Origin: Candidatus Omnitrophota bacterium
GTDB lineage: Bacteria; Omnitrophota; Gorgyraeia; Gygaellales; Profunditerraquicolaceae
Direction: 5' to 3'
DNA: 64,000 nt
Assembly (NCBI GenBank): GCA_026387335.1
Contig: JAPLLX010000006.1
Location: 125,702 to 189,701, forward strand
Shown here: positions 1 through 12,901 of the stretch, piece by piece
Position numbering within the stretch: the stretch's first letter is position 1
Layout of the letters: each line of letters begins with the position of its first letter
Notes under the pieces: generated by a model
The model's database searches: none
What the model saw: only the letters and a program-made list of their open reading frames with translations
What the model was told of the DNA's origin: nothing
Position numbers and translations under genes: made by a program

Positions 1-258
1 ATCAATCGTCTTGGCTGTTGGTTCGAATATATCGATGAGCCTTTTATGCGTGGATAAATCGAACTGCTCGCGCGACTTCTTATCAATAACCGGAGAACGT
101 AAAACTGTGTAGATCTCTCTTCTGGTAGGAAGAGGAACCGGGCCGGCGATTTTGGCGCCGGTCCGTTTAACAGTTTCAACAATCTCTAAGACCGCCTGGT
201 CCAAGAGACGATGATCATAAGCTTTTAATTTTATCCGTATCTTTTGAGCAACTGACAT
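1..258 (-). CDS. rpsJ: 30S ribosomal protein S10, 3' end truncated by window edge (start codon at 256-258)
   Basis: Minus-strand translation [86 protein letters not shown] is a typical S10 sequence; it lies directly downstream of tuf as in the conserved str/S10 arrangement. Confidence 0.85.
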   Translation of the reverse strand, partial: MSVAQKIRIKLKAYDHRLLDQAVLEIVETVKRTGAKIAGPVPLPTRREIYTVLRSPVIDKKSREQFDLSTHKRLIDIFEPTAKTID

Positions 259-263
259 ATTTT

Positions 264-1469
264 TTAGGCGATTATCTCGGTAACAACACCAGCGCCTACG
301 GTATGGCCGCCTTCGCGGATGGCGAAGCGCGATTCCTTTTCCATGGCGATAGGTGTGATTAATTCCACATCTAGATTAATATTATCCCCGGGCATAACCA
401 TCTCTACACCTGTCGGGAGTGTCACATTTCCGGTAACATCGGTTGTCCGGAAATAGAACTGCGGCCGGTAACCTTTGAAGAAGGGAGTATGCCTTCCGCC
501 TTCTTCTTTGGTTAAGATATAAACCTGGGCCTTAAATTTGGTATGTGGAGTAATGGATTTAGGAGCAGCAATAACCATACCACGTTCAATATCGTCCTTT
601 TCTACGCCTCTTAAGAGCAACCCTACATTATCTCCGGCATGCCCTTCATCCAGGAGCTTGCGGAACATTTCTATTCCGGTAACTACTGACTTCTTTACTT
701 CCGGCCTTAAACCTATGATCTCGACTTCTTCGCTTAATTTTACTTTACCGCGCTCTATTCTTCCGGTGGCAACCGTACCTCTACCTTCAATACTGAATAC
801 GTCTTCCACTGCCATCAAAAGCGGTTTATCCATGTCTCTTACCGGTAAAGGAATAAACTCATCGCAAGCCTTGATCAAGTCTAAAATCGGTTTGCAATCC
901 GCGCTGGCCGGATCGTTCACTGCGGCCATTGCCTTAGAAGCGCTACCGCGGATAATCGGTGTTTTATCTCCGGGATACCCGTATTTAGTAAGCAACTCTC
1001 GGACTTCCATTTCCACTAAGTCCAAAAGTTCGTTATCCGTAACCAAATCTACTTTATTTAAGAACACGACCATTGAGGGAACGTTTACCTGCCTGGCCAA
1101 AAGAATATGCTCTCTGGTCTGAGGCATAGGGCCGTCAGCAGCAGAAACAACGAGGATTGCGCCGTCCATCTGCGCAGCTCCGGTGATCATATTCTTAATG
1201 TAGTCAGCGTGACCCGGGCAGTCGATATGCGCGTAATGCCGGGCATCTGATTCGTATTCAACGTGGGCAACAGAAATAGTAACGGTCTTGGTATCGTCTC
1301 TTACTGTTCCGCCTTTAGCAATATCAGCATATGCCTTAGCGGTAGCCTTACCCAGCTTAGCCGAAATATTAACAATAGCAGCAGTCAAAGTAGTTTTACC
1401 GTGGTCAATGTGGCCGATAGTTCCGATGTTAACGTGTGGCTTATTTCTTACAAATTTCTCTTTAGCCAT
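264..1469 (-). CDS. tuf: Elongation factor Tu
   Basis: 401 aa with [15 protein letters not shown]-loop, DCPGHADY and NKVD motifs; RBS AAGGAGGAG upstream of the start. Confidence 0.97.
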   Translation of the reverse strand: MAKEKFVRNKPHVNIGTIGHIDHGKTTLTAAIVNISAKLGKATAKAYADIAKGGTVRDDTKTVTISVAHVEYESDARHYAHIDCPGHADYIKNMITGAAQMDGAILVVSAADGPMPQTREHILLARQVNVPSMVVFLNKVDLVTDNELLDLVEMEVRELLTKYGYPGDKTPIIRGSASKAMAAVNDPASADCKPILDLIKACDEFIPLPVRDMDKPLLMAVEDVFSIEGRGTVATGRIERGKVKLSEEVEIIGLRPEVKKSVVTGIEMFRKLLDEGHAGDNVGLLLRGVEKDDIERGMVIAAPKSITPHTKFKAQVYILTKEEGGRHTPFFKGYRPQFYFRTTDVTGNVTLPTGVEMVMPGDNINLDVELITPIAMEKESRFAIREGGHTVGAGVVTEIIA

Positions 1470-1482
1470 TTTTTCTCCTCCT

Positions 1483-1535
1483 TGCCCCTAAGGGCACACC
1501 CGCGCAATTCCTTATAAGCGCGGGGTGTGTTTTTT
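1483..1535 (-). promoter_or_regulatory. Dual-hairpin 5' leader element directly upstream of the tuf RBS (copy 1 of 2)
   Basis: mRNA sense: CACACCCCGCGC-loop-GCGCGGGTGTG, then TGCCC-TTAG-GGGCA abutting AAGGAGGAG, then ATG. A second copy with compensatory stem changes is at 25745..25786. Confidence 0.5.
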
Positions 1536-3636
1536 AACGAAAACTCTTCCTGGTCGAACCGGTAGCGGCGAAACCCGTAACGATCTTTTCTGCTATATGT
1601 GCAGGCACTTCGGTGTAAAACGAAGGCTCTATTGTATAGGATGCGCGGCCCTGTGTCAAGGATCTTATTATAGTCGCGTAATTAAAAACTTCAGCTAGCG
1701 GAATGTTCGCGCGTATGGTGCGTAAGTTCAGGCGCTGGGCCAAGGAAATTATTTTGGCCCGTCGGGAACTCAAATCCCCGATAACCTGGCCCATAAACTC
1801 TTCCGGGACAACTACTTCCATATCCATAATCGGCTCCAATAAAACAGGGTTGCCTTTTTTTAAACCGTCATTAAATGCCAGCGAGCCGGCCATCTGAAAC
1901 GCTAATTCCGAAGAATCAACTTCATGAAAAGACCCGTCGATTAAAAGGACTTTGACATCGGTAACCGGATACCCGGCTAAGACGCCGGATTTTGCCGCGC
2001 CAAATACCCCCTGCTTTACTGCCGGTATATATTCACGCGGGATAGACCCGCTTTTAATTTTATCTTCAAAAGTAATCCCTGTCCCAGGGGTCTCCTGCGG
2101 TTCCATCTCAATAACGCAATGCCCATATTGGCCGCGGCCGCCGGACTGGGAGATAAACTTGCCCACTGACCTTACTTTTTTCCTTAAGGTTTCCCGGTAG
2201 GCTACCTGAGGCTGGCCTACCTGAGCTTCAACGTTAAATTCGCGTAAAATCCTGTCAATAATTATCTCCAGATGTAACTGACCCATACCCGCGATAAGAG
2301 TCTGTCCGGTCTCCTGATTATAAGTTACGCGGAAAGACGGATCCTCATCTTCAAGTTTATGTAAGGCTAACCCCAATTTCTCCTGAGCGTCCTTAGATGC
2401 CGGCTCAATGGCCTGCTGAATAACCGGCTCAGGGAAACGCATTGCTTCAATTAATATATGGTTATTTTCCGTGCACAGAGTTTCTCCGGTCTTAGTATCT
2501 TTTAATCCCACCAGAGCCGCGATCTCACCGCAAGAAATACTCTCTACAACTTCCTGACGGTTAGCGTGCATCTTAACGATCTTGGTGACTCTTTCTCTTT
2601 CTCTTTTAGAAGCGTTATAGATATATGTACCGGAACTTAAAACCCCTGAATATACCCGGGTAAAGAATATTTTTCCGACATAAGGGTCAGTGGCTACCTT
2701 AAAACATAACGCGCAGAAAGGCGCTTTTTCAGAAGCCTTGATCTCTTCAAATTCGCCTGTTTCCGGATTTGTCCCTTTAATCGCCGGAACATCAACAGGA
2801 GAAGGCAGATAATCTTTTACCGCGTCGAGTACCAGTTGGACCCCTTTATTTTTAAAAGCCGCTCCGCAAAGGACCGGAACAAATTTATTGGCAATAACGC
2901 TCTTTCTTATCGCGGTTTTCAATTCCGCAACCGGTATATCCTTGCCGTGTAAATAATCTTCCATTATCTTATCATCGACTTCAGCCAACCTCTCAAGCAT
3001 GACCGTGCGCTGTTTGTCGGCTTCTGGCAAAGCCTGCGCAGGGATCTCCTGGATTTCAAAATCTTTACCTAAATCATCTTTATAATAAATAAGTTTCTTT
3101 TCCACTAAATCTATGATGCCTTTAAACTCCCCGTCTTTTCCGAAAGGAAGCTGGATGGGAGCAGCATTTGCGCCTAACCTCTTATGCATCTGGTCTATGG
3201 CCTCCAGGAAATTAGCGCCGGTCCTATCCATTTTATTTACAAAAGCGATCCGCGGGACTTCATAGCGGTCAGCCTGGCGCCAGACTGTCTCGGATTGCGG
3301 CTCGACTCCGCCTACTCCGCAGAAAACCACTACTGCGCCGTCTAAAACCTTCAACGATCTTTCAACTTCAATAGTAAAATCCACGTGGCCGGGAGTATCA
3401 ATAAGGTTAATATGTACATCTTTCCAGATGCAGGTAGTCGCGGCCGCGGTAATCGTAATGCCTCTCTCCTGCTCCTGGACCATCCAGTCCATGGTCGCCG
3501 TCCCTTCATGGACTTCCCCTAATTTATAATTTCTACCGGTATAAAAAAGGATGCGCTCGCTGGTTGTAGTTTTCCCAGCGTCAATATGGGCGATAATCCC
3601 GATATTCCTGATTTTTTCTAATGGAACTTTTTCCAT
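1534..3636 (-). CDS. fusA: Elongation factor G
   Basis: 700 aa; [23 protein letters not shown], and EF-G domains IV/V. Confidence 0.97.
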   Translation of the reverse strand: MEKVPLEKIRNIGIIAHIDAGKTTTSERILFYTGRNYKLGEVHEGTATMDWMVQEQERGITITAAATTCIWKDVHINLIDTPGHVDFTIEVERSLKVLDGAVVVFCGVGGVEPQSETVWRQADRYEVPRIAFVNKMDRTGANFLEAIDQMHKRLGANAAPIQLPFGKDGEFKGIIDLVEKKLIYYKDDLGKDFEIQEIPAQALPEADKQRTVMLERLAEVDDKIMEDYLHGKDIPVAELKTAIRKSVIANKFVPVLCGAAFKNKGVQLVLDAVKDYLPSPVDVPAIKGTNPETGEFEEIKASEKAPFCALCFKVATDPYVGKIFFTRVYSGVLSSGTYIYNASKRERERVTKIVKMHANRQEVVESISCGEIAALVGLKDTKTGETLCTENNHILIEAMRFPEPVIQQAIEPASKDAQEKLGLALHKLEDEDPSFRVTYNQETGQTLIAGMGQLHLEIIIDRILREFNVEAQVGQPQVAYRETLRKKVRSVGKFISQSGGRGQYGHCVIEMEPQETPGTGITFEDKIKSGSIPREYIPAVKQGVFGAAKSGVLAGYPVTDVKVLLIDGSFHEVDSSELAFQMAGSLAFNDGLKKGNPVLLEPIMDMEVVVPEEFMGQVIGDLSSRRAKIISLAQRLNLRTIRANIPLAEVFNYATIIRSLTQGRASYTIEPSFYTEVPAHIAEKIVTGFAATGSTRKSFR

Positions 3637-3642
3637 ATTATA

Positions 3643-4113
3643 TTACCACCTAAAATGAGCAAACGCCTTGTTGGCTTCCGCCATCTTATGGGTATCATCT
3701 CTTTTCTTTATGGCTGAACCTTCGCCTTTATACGCCGCGATAATCTCTTCCGCCAGTTTCTGATCCATCGGCCTGCCTTTTTTATTCTGGGCAAAATCCC
3801 TCATCCAGCGTAAAGCTATTGATGTTCCACGCTCCTGGCGTACTTCAATCGGGACCTGATAAGTCGCGCCACCCACTCGGCGGGGCTTGACTTCCAGGCG
3901 GGGCCGGGCATTATCCAGCGCTTTGTAAAAAACCTTTAAGATATCCTGCTCATTAAGGTTTTTCTTTACGATCTCAAACGCGCCGTAAACAATTTTCTCG
4001 GCAATAGATTTCTTGCCTTCAACCATAACCATATTCACGAATTTCGCAACGATCTTGCTGTTAAGTTTCGGGTCCGCTAATATTACTTTTTCCTGGGCTT
4101 TTCTGCGTCTCAT
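3643..4113 (-). CDS. rpsG: 30S ribosomal protein S7
   Basis: 156 aa with typical S7 sequence; position between rpsL and fusA (str operon). Confidence 0.95.
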   Translation of the reverse strand: MRRRKAQEKVILADPKLNSKIVAKFVNMVMVEGKKSIAEKIVYGAFEIVKKNLNEQDILKVFYKALDNARPRLEVKPRRVGGATYQVPIEVRQERGTSIALRWMRDFAQNKKGRPMDQKLAEEIIAAYKGEGSAIKKRDDTHKMAEANKAFAHFRW

Positions 4114-4481
4114 TTAGGCCTCTTTGCTCCGTATTTTGAACGTGATCTTCTTCTCTGGTTAACTCCTGCGGCATCCAATGTGCCTCTTACAATATGATAC
4201 CTTACCCCGGGCAAGTCCTTAACCCGGCCTCCCCTGACTAAAACTATGGAATGTTCCTGTAGGTTATGCCCTTCTCCCGGGATATAGGCGGTGACTTCTA
4301 TCCCCGTAGTCAACCTGACCCTGGCAATCTTACGCAGGGCTGAGTTTGGCTTTTTAGGCGTCATAGTGCGCACCTGTAAACATACACCGCGCCTCTGGGG
4401 GCAACCCTTTAAAGCCGGAGATTTACTCTTTTTATTCTTGGACCTTCTTCCTAACCTGATCAACTGCGAAATTGTGGGCAT
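4110..4481 (-). CDS. rpsL: 30S ribosomal protein S12
   Basis: 123 aa; [10 protein letters not shown] motif; overlaps the rpsG start by 4 nt. Confidence 0.95.
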   Translation of the reverse strand: MPTISQLIRLGRRSKNKKSKSPALKGCPQRRGVCLQVRTMTPKKPNSALRKIARVRLTTGIEVTAYIPGEGHNLQEHSIVLVRGGRVKDLPGVRYHIVRGTLDAAGVNQRRRSRSKYGAKRPK

Positions 4482-4485
4482 ATGC

Positions 4486-7400
4486 TTATTCCTCTTTTTT
4501 TTCTTTTAATGTTTTTACGACTTCAATATCCCGATGATCGCGGAACCCTGTCCCTGCCGGAATAAGATGTCCGACGATAACATTCTCTTTCAAACCGAAT
4601 AGCTCATCGCGTTTTCCGGATGTGGCGGCTTCCGTGAGCACCCGGGTCGTCTCCTGGAAGCTGGCGGCTGAGATAAAACTTTCGGTGGTAAGTGAGGCTT
4701 TGGTAATGCCTAATAACAACGGCGTAGCTATCGCGGGCTTTGCGCCCTTTTTAATTACTCTGGAGTTTTCCTTCTGGAATGTCCATTTATCCACCTGTTG
4801 GGTAGCCAAAAATTCTGTATCGCCCGGATCCTCAACCCGCACCTTCTTTAACATCTGGCGGATGATCAATTCAATATGTTTATCGTTGATCCGCACTCCC
4901 TGCAAGCGGTATACTTCCTGGACCTCATTAACCAAATATTCCTGTAAAACTTTATCTCCGCAGACCCGTAAAATATCCTGTAAGACTACCGGTCCGTCGG
5001 TTAGCTGCTGGCCCGCATCCACCTTGTCACCTTTATAAACATTAGGATGCTTTCCGTGCGGTATAACATATTCTCTCTGCATACCGGTTGTTGATTTTAC
5101 GATGATTACCCTCTGGCCTTTTTTCGTCTCACCGAATTCTACAAAGCCGTCTATTTCGCTGATAATCGCCGGATCCTTAGGCCGCCTGGCTTCAAACAAC
5201 TCCGCCACGCGCGGAAGGCCGCCGGTAATATCTCTGGTCTTAACGACCATGCGCGGTATCTTAGCTAACAGGTCGCCGCCGTCAACTTTCTGGCCATCCT
5301 TAACCATAATATGCGCTCCGATGGGAATAGGATAGATCCCTAATACTTCTTTTGAGCTATCCAGAATTACGATCTGAGGATGGAATTCCTGCTTATGTTC
5401 CACAACCACGCGCTCAATTAACTTGGTCACCGGATTCAGCTCTTCCTTGATAGAGACATCTTCCTTTAAATCTTCGTATTTTACGGTTCCGGCGACTTCC
5501 GTTAAAACCGGCAGGGTATAAGGATCCCAATGGATAAAAGCTACGTCCTTGGCCACTTCTCCCGCGTCAGCAACATTAATAAACGCGCCCTGAGGAATAG
5601 CAAAACGCTCTAATTCTCTTCCCTGTTTGTCATTAATACTCAAGAAACCGTTTCTATTTAAAACAATAAATTCTTTATTCTTGGCGACTATCCTTAAGTT
5701 ATGATACTTGAGTATACCTTTGTTCTTAGATTTGATAAATGACTGTTCAACTTTCCGGGAAGCTGTACCGCCGATATGGAAGGTCCTCATGGTTAACTGG
5801 GTTCCGGGCTCGCCGATACTCTGCGCCGCTACCACTCCTACTGCTTCTCCCAACTCCGCCATTCTTCCTGTAGCCAGGTTCTTTCCGTAACATTTAGTGC
5901 AAACTCCTCGGCCGCTCTCGCAGGTCAGGACACTGCGGATGCGTATTTTCTCGATCCCCAGCTTCTCGATCATCTCCGCCTGCTCTTCGGGTATATCTGA
6001 ACCTGCGGCCACAATGACTTCATCGGTAATAATATCCACAATATTATCCAGGGCCACCCGGCCGATTATACGGTCCTTTAGCGATACCACTTCTTCATCA
6101 CCTTCAATAATCGCTGAAACTGTAATACCGTTAAGAGTACCACAGTCTTCCTCGGCAACAATGACTTCCTGGGCTACATCTACTAACCTGCGGGTCAGGT
6201 AACCGGCGTCGGCGGTTTTTAAGGCGGTATCGGCCAGACCTTTGCGCGCGCCGTGGGTAGAGATAAAATATTCCAAAACATTCAGGCCTTCCTTGAAATT
6301 TGCGGTAATCGGACTTTCAATGATTTCTCCCGAAGGTTTAGCCATAAGCCCGCGCATTCCGGCTAGCTGCCTGATCTGTAAACGGGAGCCTCTGGCGCCG
6401 GAATCGGCCATCATAAATATGGGGTTAAATGCATCCATCCCCTTAAATAACAAATCTGAAATTTCGTCTGTCGCATGCGTCCAGATATCAATAATCTTAG
6501 ACTTGCGCTCGCTGTCCGTAATAACACCGCGGCGATACTGCTCTTCCACCTTAGCTACTCTTTCTTTAGAATCTTTTAAAACTTCCTGCTTGGCTGCTGG
6601 AACCTGAAGGTCATCAATACCGATAGAGATGCCGCCGAGTGTCCCGATTTCAAAACCCAACCTCTTAATATCGTCAAGAAAACTAATCAACGCTGCGTGG
6701 CCAAACCTTTTGTAACAATCAACCACAAGATCACTGACCTTAGCCTTATTTAATTCCTTGTTCACAAAACCAAATTCTTTAGGTAAAACCTGATTAAAGA
6801 TTACCCTGCCTACTGTAGTAGCTATGCTTTGTTTTCCCGGAATTAACTTCTTTTGATCCAAGTCAAAAACATCCTCTACTCTCACCTTAATCTTAGTGTG
6901 TAAAGCTACCACGCCGTCCTGATGGGCAATGATTACTTCATCGGCATTCGCGAAACTCATGCCCTCTCCAATTGCTCCTGATTTTTCTTTGGTAAGATAG
7001 TGCACCCCCAGGATTATATCCTGCGTGGGAGATATGACTGGCCGGCCGTCAGCGGGAGAAAATACATTATTAGAAGCCAACATTAAAATCTTGGCTTCTA
7101 ATTGGGATTCCAGGGATAGCGGCACGTGAACAGCCATCTGGTCGCCGTCAAAGTCAGCGTTAAAAGCTGTACAAACTAACGGATGGATTTTTATGGATTT
7201 ACCTTCGATCAGAAGCGGCTGGAATGCCTGGATGCCTAAACGGTGCAAGGTAGGCGCGCGGTTCAACAATACCGGATGATCCTTAATCACCTCATCCAGT
7301 ATATCCCAAACTTCGATCTTGCCGCGCTCAACCATACGCCGAGCGCCTTTAATAGTATGCACAAATCCTTTTTCTCTCAGTTTCTTAATAATAAACGGCT

Positions 7401-8502
7401 CAAACAATTCCAAGGCCATCTGTTTAGGAAGCCCGCACTCATGAAGCTTTAATTCGGGTCCGACAACAATGACCGAACGGCCGGAGTAATCTACGCGCTT
7501 ACCTAATAGGTTCTGCCGGAAACGGCCCTGTTTGCCCTTTAACATATCGGAAAGGGATTTTAAAGGACGGTTATTCGCGCCCATTACGGCTTTACCATGC
7601 CTGCCGTTATCTAAAAGCGCATCGACTGCCTCCTGCAACATGCGCTTTTCATTGCGGATGATGATTTCCGGGGCGTTCAACTCCATTAACTTTTTTAAAC
7701 GATTATTCCGGTTAATTACCCTACGGTATAAATCATTAAGGTCTGAAGTGGCAAATCTTCCGCCGTCTAACGGCACCAGCGGCCTTAAGTCCGGAGGGAT
7801 GACCGGCAAGATCTCCAAAATCATCCAATCGGCGTTATTACCGGATTTCTTAAAATCTTCAACGATCTTTAAGCTCTTTAAGCCTTTACGGTTATTTAAA
7901 GCATCTTTTGACTTTTCCAGGTCCCGGCGTAATTTACGGCACTGCGCGTCCAAATCCAGTTCTTTTAAGAGGTCTCTTACTGCTTCGGCGCCGATCTTAG
8001 CCTTAAAATTAGAGCCATACTTGCCAAGAGCCTCCTGATATTTTTCTTCGGTCAAAAGCTCTTTTTTCTTTAAAGGAGTGGTTCCGGAGTCAATAACGAC
8101 ATACTCTTCATAATAAATAATTTTTTCTAAGTCCCTTAACCCTATATCCAGTAAAGCCGACATTCGAGAGGGGACTGCTTTAAAGAACCAAATATGGGTA
8201 ACCGCGGTGGCCAACTCAATATGGCCCATACGCTCGCGTCTTACCGAAGAGCGGTCAACGGTAACCCCGCAACGGTCGCAGGTTATTCCTTTAAATTTAA
8301 TGCCTTTATATTTGCCGCAGTTACATTCCCAATCGCGCACCGGCCCGAATATCTTTTCACAAAAAAGCCCGTCTTTTTCCGGTTTTAACGTGCGGTAATT
8401 GATTGTTTCGGCTTTTTTTACTTCCCCTTTGGACCAAGATTTAATTATCTGAGGGCTAGCGATCTTAATTGAAATACTATCGAAAGAAACTATCTCATCC
8501 AT
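4486..8502 (-). CDS. rpoC: DNA-directed RNA polymerase subunit beta'
   Basis: 1338 aa; [12 protein letters not shown] catalytic motif and N-terminal zinc-binding cysteines. Confidence 0.97.
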   Translation of the reverse strand: MDEIVSFDSISIKIASPQIIKSWSKGEVKKAETINYRTLKPEKDGLFCEKIFGPVRDWECNCGKYKGIKFKGITCDRCGVTVDRSSVRRERMGHIELATAVTHIWFFKAVPSRMSALLDIGLRDLEKIIYYEEYVVIDSGTTPLKKKELLTEEKYQEALGKYGSNFKAKIGAEAVRDLLKELDLDAQCRKLRRDLEKSKDALNNRKGLKSLKIVEDFKKSGNNADWMILEILPVIPPDLRPLVPLDGGRFATSDLNDLYRRVINRNNRLKKLMELNAPEIIIRNEKRMLQEAVDALLDNGRHGKAVMGANNRPLKSLSDMLKGKQGRFRQNLLGKRVDYSGRSVIVVGPELKLHECGLPKQMALELFEPFIIKKLREKGFVHTIKGARRMVERGKIEVWDILDEVIKDHPVLLNRAPTLHRLGIQAFQPLLIEGKSIKIHPLVCTAFNADFDGDQMAVHVPLSLESQLEAKILMLASNNVFSPADGRPVISPTQDIILGVHYLTKEKSGAIGEGMSFANADEVIIAHQDGVVALHTKIKVRVEDVFDLDQKKLIPGKQSIATTVGRVIFNQVLPKEFGFVNKELNKAKVSDLVVDCYKRFGHAALISFLDDIKRLGFEIGTLGGISIGIDDLQVPAAKQEVLKDSKERVAKVEEQYRRGVITDSERKSKIIDIWTHATDEISDLLFKGMDAFNPIFMMADSGARGSRLQIRQLAGMRGLMAKPSGEIIESPITANFKEGLNVLEYFISTHGARKGLADTALKTADAGYLTRRLVDVAQEVIVAEEDCGTLNGITVSAIIEGDEEVVSLKDRIIGRVALDNIVDIITDEVIVAAGSDIPEEQAEMIEKLGIEKIRIRSVLTCESGRGVCTKCYGKNLATGRMAELGEAVGVVAAQSIGEPGTQLTMRTFHIGGTASRKVEQSFIKSKNKGILKYHNLRIVAKNKEFIVLNRNGFLSINDKQGRELERFAIPQGAFINVADAGEVAKDVAFIHWDPYTLPVLTEVAGTVKYEDLKEDVSIKEELNPVTKLIERVVVEHKQEFHPQIVILDSSKEVLGIYPIPIGAHIMVKDGQKVDGGDLLAKIPRMVVKTRDITGGLPRVAELFEARRPKDPAIISEIDGFVEFGETKKGQRVIIVKSTTGMQREYVIPHGKHPNVYKGDKVDAGQQLTDGPVVLQDILRVCGDKVLQEYLVNEVQEVYRLQGVRINDKHIELIIRQMLKKVRVEDPGDTEFLATQQVDKWTFQKENSRVIKKGAKPAIATPLLLGITKASLTTESFISAASFQETTRVLTEAATSGKRDELFGLKENVIVGHLIPAGTGFRDHRDIEVVKTLKEKKEE

Positions 8503-11500
8503 TATTTTACCTTTTCTGTCCGGATATCAAGACACAGACCCTGCAATTCCTTGATTAAAACATTAAATGACTCAGGTGTGCCGTGAGTCAGACGCTGTTC
8601 ACCTTTAACAATAGCTTCGTAAATTCTGGTCCTTCCTGAAACATCATCGCTCTTTACAGTGAGCATTTCCTGCAAAGTAAATGCCGCGCCGTAGGCCTCT
8701 AAGGCCCAGACTTCCATTTCGCCTAATCTCTGCCCGCCGAATTGCGCCTTGCCGCCTAATGGCTGCTGGGTGACCAGAGAATACGGGCCGATGGAACGGG
8801 CGTGGATCTTCTCATCAACCAAGTGGATGAGTTTCATTACATACATATAACCTATTGTTACTCTATGGTCAAACGGCTCGCCGCTATATCCATCATACAA
8901 TTGGATCTTCCCGTCTTCAGGAAGTCCGGCTTTTTTAAGCATCTCTTTAATTTCTTTCTCTGACGCTCCGTCAAAAACCGGAGTGCCTACATAAAGGCCG
9001 AGTGTTTTTGCCGCCCAACCCAAATGGCACTCTAAAATCTGGCCTACGTTCATACGGCTGGGAACACCTAACGGATTTAAAACTACTTCTACAGGAGTGC
9101 CATCAGGCAAATAAGGCATATCTTCTTCGGGCATAATCCGGGCAACCACACCCTTATTCCCGTGCCTTCCCGCTAATTTATCTCCTTCGGAAAGCCTGCG
9201 CTTGGTAGCGATATAAACCACTACTCTTTTTAAGACACCGGCGGGAAGTTCGTCTCCGCGCCTGACCTTTTCGATCTCCTGCTCCTGCTCGGAAAGCAAT
9301 TCCTGCACCTGTTCATCAAAAGAAGCGGCTAAAATCTTGGCCTCTTCATTATCGCTAAAATCATATTTTTCTATTTTCTTCTTATCCACGCCTAAAAGCT
9401 GGCTCAAACGGGCAATCTTCTCAGTCTGCACAAATTCCACTTCCTGCTTATAATAAGCTTTCAGTTCCCGGATTTTGGCTAACTCCTTACTCTTCTCTTC
9501 TTTGGTTTTCCTGCCCCTGTCTTTACGCGCGAAAACATGCACATCGATGACTACGCCTTGAACACCCGGAGGGACAATCAAAGAAGTATCCCGCACATCC
9601 CCGGCTTTCTCACCGAATATAGCCCTTAAAAGCCTTTCTTCCGGCGATGGTTCGGAATCAGTCTTAGGTGTGATTTTACCTACTAATATGTCTCCGGGGG
9701 TAACTTCCGCGCCTATGCGGATAATCCCGCCTTCGTCCAGATTAGCCAGGGCCTCTTCGCTGACATTGGGAATATCGCGAGTAATCTCTTCATTGCCTAA
9801 ACGGGTCTCTGTAGCCTCAATATCAAATTCTTCTATATGGATAGAGGTAAAAGCGTCTTCTTGGACCAATTTCTCGCTTATTAAAATAGCGTCTTCAAAG
9901 TTATAACCTCGCCAGGGCATAAATGAAACTAACACATTCTTGCCCAAAGCTAATTCGCCGTTCTTAGTAGCAATACCGTCGGCAATCACATCGCCCTGTT
10001 CGACCTTTTCACCCAGCCTGACAATCGGCCTCTGATTAATGCAGGTATCGTTGTTGGTGCGCAGAAATTTCTTTAGATGGTAAATTTTCTTTCCGACTGT
10101 AATTGAAGAAGCGTCAATACTGGTGACCTTGCCTGACTCTTGGGCCACCAGGACTGTCCCGGAATCGCGGGCAACTTTTTCTTCCATTTCGGTCCCGACA
10201 AAAGGCGCTTCAGTAATCATTAAAGGCACACCCTGTCTTTGCATATTTGAGCCCATAAGCGCTCGGTTAGCGTCATCATGCTCTAAAAACGGAATTAAAG
10301 ACGCGGCAACGGAAACCAATTGCTTCGGAGAAACATCCATATATTGCACCTGTTTGCCAGCTACTTTCGGGAAATCATTTTTATAGCGGCAAGATACCTC
10401 TTTTTCTACAAAGTATCCGCTTTCATCCAAAAGAACGTTGGCCTGAGCAATAACCTTATCTTCTTCAATGTCGGCGGTAAGATAATCAATTTTTTTAGTA
10501 ACCCTGCCGTCTTCCACCTTGCGATACGGAGTTTCAATAAGACCTAAAGTATTTACCCTGGCAAAAGTGCTTAAGGAGGCGATTAAACCGATATTCGGGC
10601 CTTCGGGAGTTTCAATAGGGCAAACCCGGCCATAATGCGAAGGATGAATATCTCTTACTTCAAACCCCGCGCGTTCACGAGATAAACCACCCGGGCCTAA
10701 AGCGCTTAAGCGCCTCTTGTGGGTCATTTCAGCCAAAGGATTTATTTGGTCCATAAACTGGGATAACTGGCTGCGGCCGAAGAAATCCCGGATCTGGTTA
10801 GACAATAACTTGGAATTGATCAGATAATGCACATTAACATTATCAAATTCGCCTAATATACTTAATCTTTCGCGGATAGACCTTTCCACGCGCGACAGAC
10901 CTATACGCACCTGGTTCTGGACTAATTCTCCGACGGTCTTGACCCTGCGGTTTCCTAAATGGTCAATATCGTCAATTTTTCCAATGCCGGAATTTAAATT
11001 GATCAAATACTCTATCACCTTAATCACGGTATCGGAATCCAGAACTCTTTTTTCCAGGGACACGTCCATCCCTAATTTTCTATTCAGGATAAATCGGCCT
11101 GCCCGCTCTAAATCGTAACGGGCAGTATCAAAGAATAGCCTGTAAAATAAAGCCTCCGCCGCCTCTTTGGTTACCGGTTCGGTCGGCCGCATTTTGCGGT
11201 AAAAATCCATATAGGCTTCTTCTTTATTCTTAGTGTAATCTTTTTTGAGGGTATTGGTGATTTCCGGGTACTCTTTACCGAAGGCGGCGATTATATCCTT
11301 GTCTTCGGAAAAACCGAGTATCCTTAAGATCTGGGTTGCGGGAAAATTTCGGCGGCGGTCAACATAAGCTAAGACTGTTTCAGTAAGGTCATATTTAAAC
11401 TCCAGCCACGCGCCGCGATAAGGAATTACCCTTCCGTAAAATATCTTTTTACCGGTCGGATGGAGCTCTTCTTCAAAAGATACTCCGGGAGATCGTTGTA

Positions 11501-11906
11501 ACTGACTGACCACCACCCGCTCATCGCCATTAATGATGAACGTGCCGGTCTCAGTCATCAACGGAATCTCGCCGAAATAAGCATCCTGCTCCTTGGTTTC
11601 TTTAGGAGTAGTCAGGCGGAATTTTACCTTAAGGGGAAGGGCATAGGAGAGGCTTCTGATCTTAGACTCAGCCAGGCTATATTTTGGCTTACCTAAAGAA
11701 TAGCTGATGAATTCCAGCTTAACCGAGCGATTTGGGCTTTCAATCGGGAATATCTCGCTAAAGACTTCCTGGAGCCCCTGATGCTTTTTTTCTCCGGGCT
11801 TGGCATTTAATTGCAAAAACTCAGCGTACGCCTCAAGTTGAACATCCAAAAGATTAGGTATATTATATACTTCTTTTATCTTGGCAAAGCTTTTTCTCTT
11901 TAGCAT
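8502..11906 (-). CDS. rpoB: DNA-directed RNA polymerase subunit beta
   Basis: 1134 aa; conserved beta-subunit blocks, and synteny rplL-rpoB-rpoC. Confidence 0.97.
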   Translation of the reverse strand: MLKRKSFAKIKEVYNIPNLLDVQLEAYAEFLQLNAKPGEKKHQGLQEVFSEIFPIESPNRSVKLEFISYSLGKPKYSLAESKIRSLSYALPLKVKFRLTTPKETKEQDAYFGEIPLMTETGTFIINGDERVVVSQLQRSPGVSFEEELHPTGKKIFYGRVIPYRGAWLEFKYDLTETVLAYVDRRRNFPATQILRILGFSEDKDIIAAFGKEYPEITNTLKKDYTKNKEEAYMDFYRKMRPTEPVTKEAAEALFYRLFFDTARYDLERAGRFILNRKLGMDVSLEKRVLDSDTVIKVIEYLINLNSGIGKIDDIDHLGNRRVKTVGELVQNQVRIGLSRVERSIRERLSILGEFDNVNVHYLINSKLLSNQIRDFFGRSQLSQFMDQINPLAEMTHKRRLSALGPGGLSRERAGFEVRDIHPSHYGRVCPIETPEGPNIGLIASLSTFARVNTLGLIETPYRKVEDGRVTKKIDYLTADIEEDKVIAQANVLLDESGYFVEKEVSCRYKNDFPKVAGKQVQYMDVSPKQLVSVAASLIPFLEHDDANRALMGSNMQRQGVPLMITEAPFVGTEMEEKVARDSGTVLVAQESGKVTSIDASSITVGKKIYHLKKFLRTNNDTCINQRPIVRLGEKVEQGDVIADGIATKNGELALGKNVLVSFMPWRGYNFEDAILISEKLVQEDAFTSIHIEEFDIEATETRLGNEEITRDIPNVSEEALANLDEGGIIRIGAEVTPGDILVGKITPKTDSEPSPEERLLRAIFGEKAGDVRDTSLIVPPGVQGVVIDVHVFARKDRGRKTKEEKSKELAKIRELKAYYKQEVEFVQTEKIARLSQLLGVDKKKIEKYDFSDNEEAKILAASFDEQVQELLSEQEQEIEKVRRGDELPAGVLKRVVVYIATKRRLSEGDKLAGRHGNKGVVARIMPEEDMPYLPDGTPVEVVLNPLGVPSRMNVGQILECHLGWAAKTLGLYVGTPVFDGASEKEIKEMLKKAGLPEDGKIQLYDGYSGEPFDHRVTIGYMYVMKLIHLVDEKIHARSIGPYSLVTQQPLGGKAQFGGQRLGEMEVWALEAYGAAFTLQEMLTVKSDDVSGRTRIYEAIVKGEQRLTHGTPESFNVLIKELQGLCLDIRTEKVK

Positions 11907-11923
11907 ATTGTCCCGTATTTTAG

Positions 11924-11953
11924 GGTAGCTTAAGAAATTTACCCAAAGCTACC
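11924..11953 (-). promoter_or_regulatory. rplL-rpoB intergenic stem-loop (attenuator/processing-site-like)
   Basis: Perfect 8-bp inverted repeat GGTAGCTT / AAGCTACC with a 14-nt loop in the 63-bp spacer between rplL and rpoB; no U-run follows it. Confidence 0.4.
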
Positions 11954-11969
11954 GTTACTGACAGATATA

Positions 11970-12356
11970 TTATTTAAGCTCTACTGTGGCTCCGGCTGCT
12001 TCCAGTTTCTTCTTTAATTCTTCGGCTTCTTCTTTAGTTGCGCCTTCTTTAATCGGCTTAGGAGCTCCATCAACTAAATCTTTGGCTTCTTTTAAGCCAA
12101 GACTGGTAATGGTGCGCACCTCTTTGATAACGGCGATCTTACTTGCGCCTGCGCTGGTTAAAACTACCGTAAAAGTAGATTTCTCTTCAGCTACCGGAGC
12201 TGCGCCTGCGCCTGTACCGGCTGCGGGAGCGGCCATCATCGGCATATTCGCCTTTACCCCGAATTTTTCCTCAAGGGCCTTGACTAAATCCGCCAGCTCT
12301 AACACCGTCATACCCTCTATGGATTTAATCATCTCGTCTAATTTTGTACTTGCCAT
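11970..12356 (-). CDS. rplL: 50S ribosomal protein L7/L12
   Basis: 128 aa; Ala-rich hinge and a C-terminal domain ending ...[13 protein letters not shown]. Confidence 0.93.
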   Translation of the reverse strand: MASTKLDEMIKSIEGMTVLELADLVKALEEKFGVKANMPMMAAPAAGTGAGAAPVAEEKSTFTVVLTSAGASKIAVIKEVRTITSLGLKEAKDLVDGAPKPIKEGATKEEAEELKKKLEAAGATVELK

Positions 12357-12369
12357 CTTCTTCCTCCTT

Positions 12370-12897
12370 TTAACTTGTCTTTTTTTGTTTTATCTGGTCT
12401 AAACAATAAACAAATTTCGCCAATACCTGGTTTAGGGTTATAACCAAACCTGATATTGGCGAATTTAATGCCCAGACTACCTGGGCGCGTAAAACTTCCT
12501 TGGCGGGAAGCTTGGACATATATTCTATATCGGACTTTTGGATAATCTTATCTTTTAAGAAACCACCCTCAAGCTTCAATTGCTCGTGCTCTCTGCTAAA
12601 ATTACAGAGCGCCCGGGATGTGGCCACCGGCTCATCCTTAATAAAAATCAGGCCGCAGGGCCCGTCTATATTTTTGATTAAAGGTTCCAGGGTAGAATCC
12701 TTAAAAGCGCGCCGGGCGACGCTATTCTTCACTACAAACAAAGAAGCGTGTCCGCCTTTTAAGGTCTGCCTTAAAGAACACAGATCCGGGCTCTTGACCC
12801 CGGAATATTTAACGATAAATACCGCCTCGGATCCCTTTAACGTGTTCTTGATGCGGTTCTCGGAAGCCTCTTTAAATATTAACCCTAACTTTTTCAT
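12370..12897 (-). CDS. rplJ: 50S ribosomal protein L10
   Basis: 175 aa; L10-like sequence, positioned between rplA and rplL. Confidence 0.88.
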   Translation of the reverse strand: MKKLGLIFKEASENRIKNTLKGSEAVFIVKYSGVKSPDLCSLRQTLKGGHASLFVVKNSVARRAFKDSTLEPLIKNIDGPCGLIFIKDEPVATSRALCNFSREHEQLKLEGGFLKDKIIQKSDIEYMSKLPAKEVLRAQVVWALNSPISGLVITLNQVLAKFVYCLDQIKQKKTS

Positions 12898-12901
12898 AAG
12901 T

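Noticed and set aside
1495-1535. Plus-strand GC hairpin followed by T6 resembling an intrinsic terminator between fusA and tuf
   Set aside because: No plus-strand gene ends here; both flanking genes are minus-strand and co-oriented. It is interpreted instead as part of the dual-hairpin leader element, with at most an antisense-terminator role.
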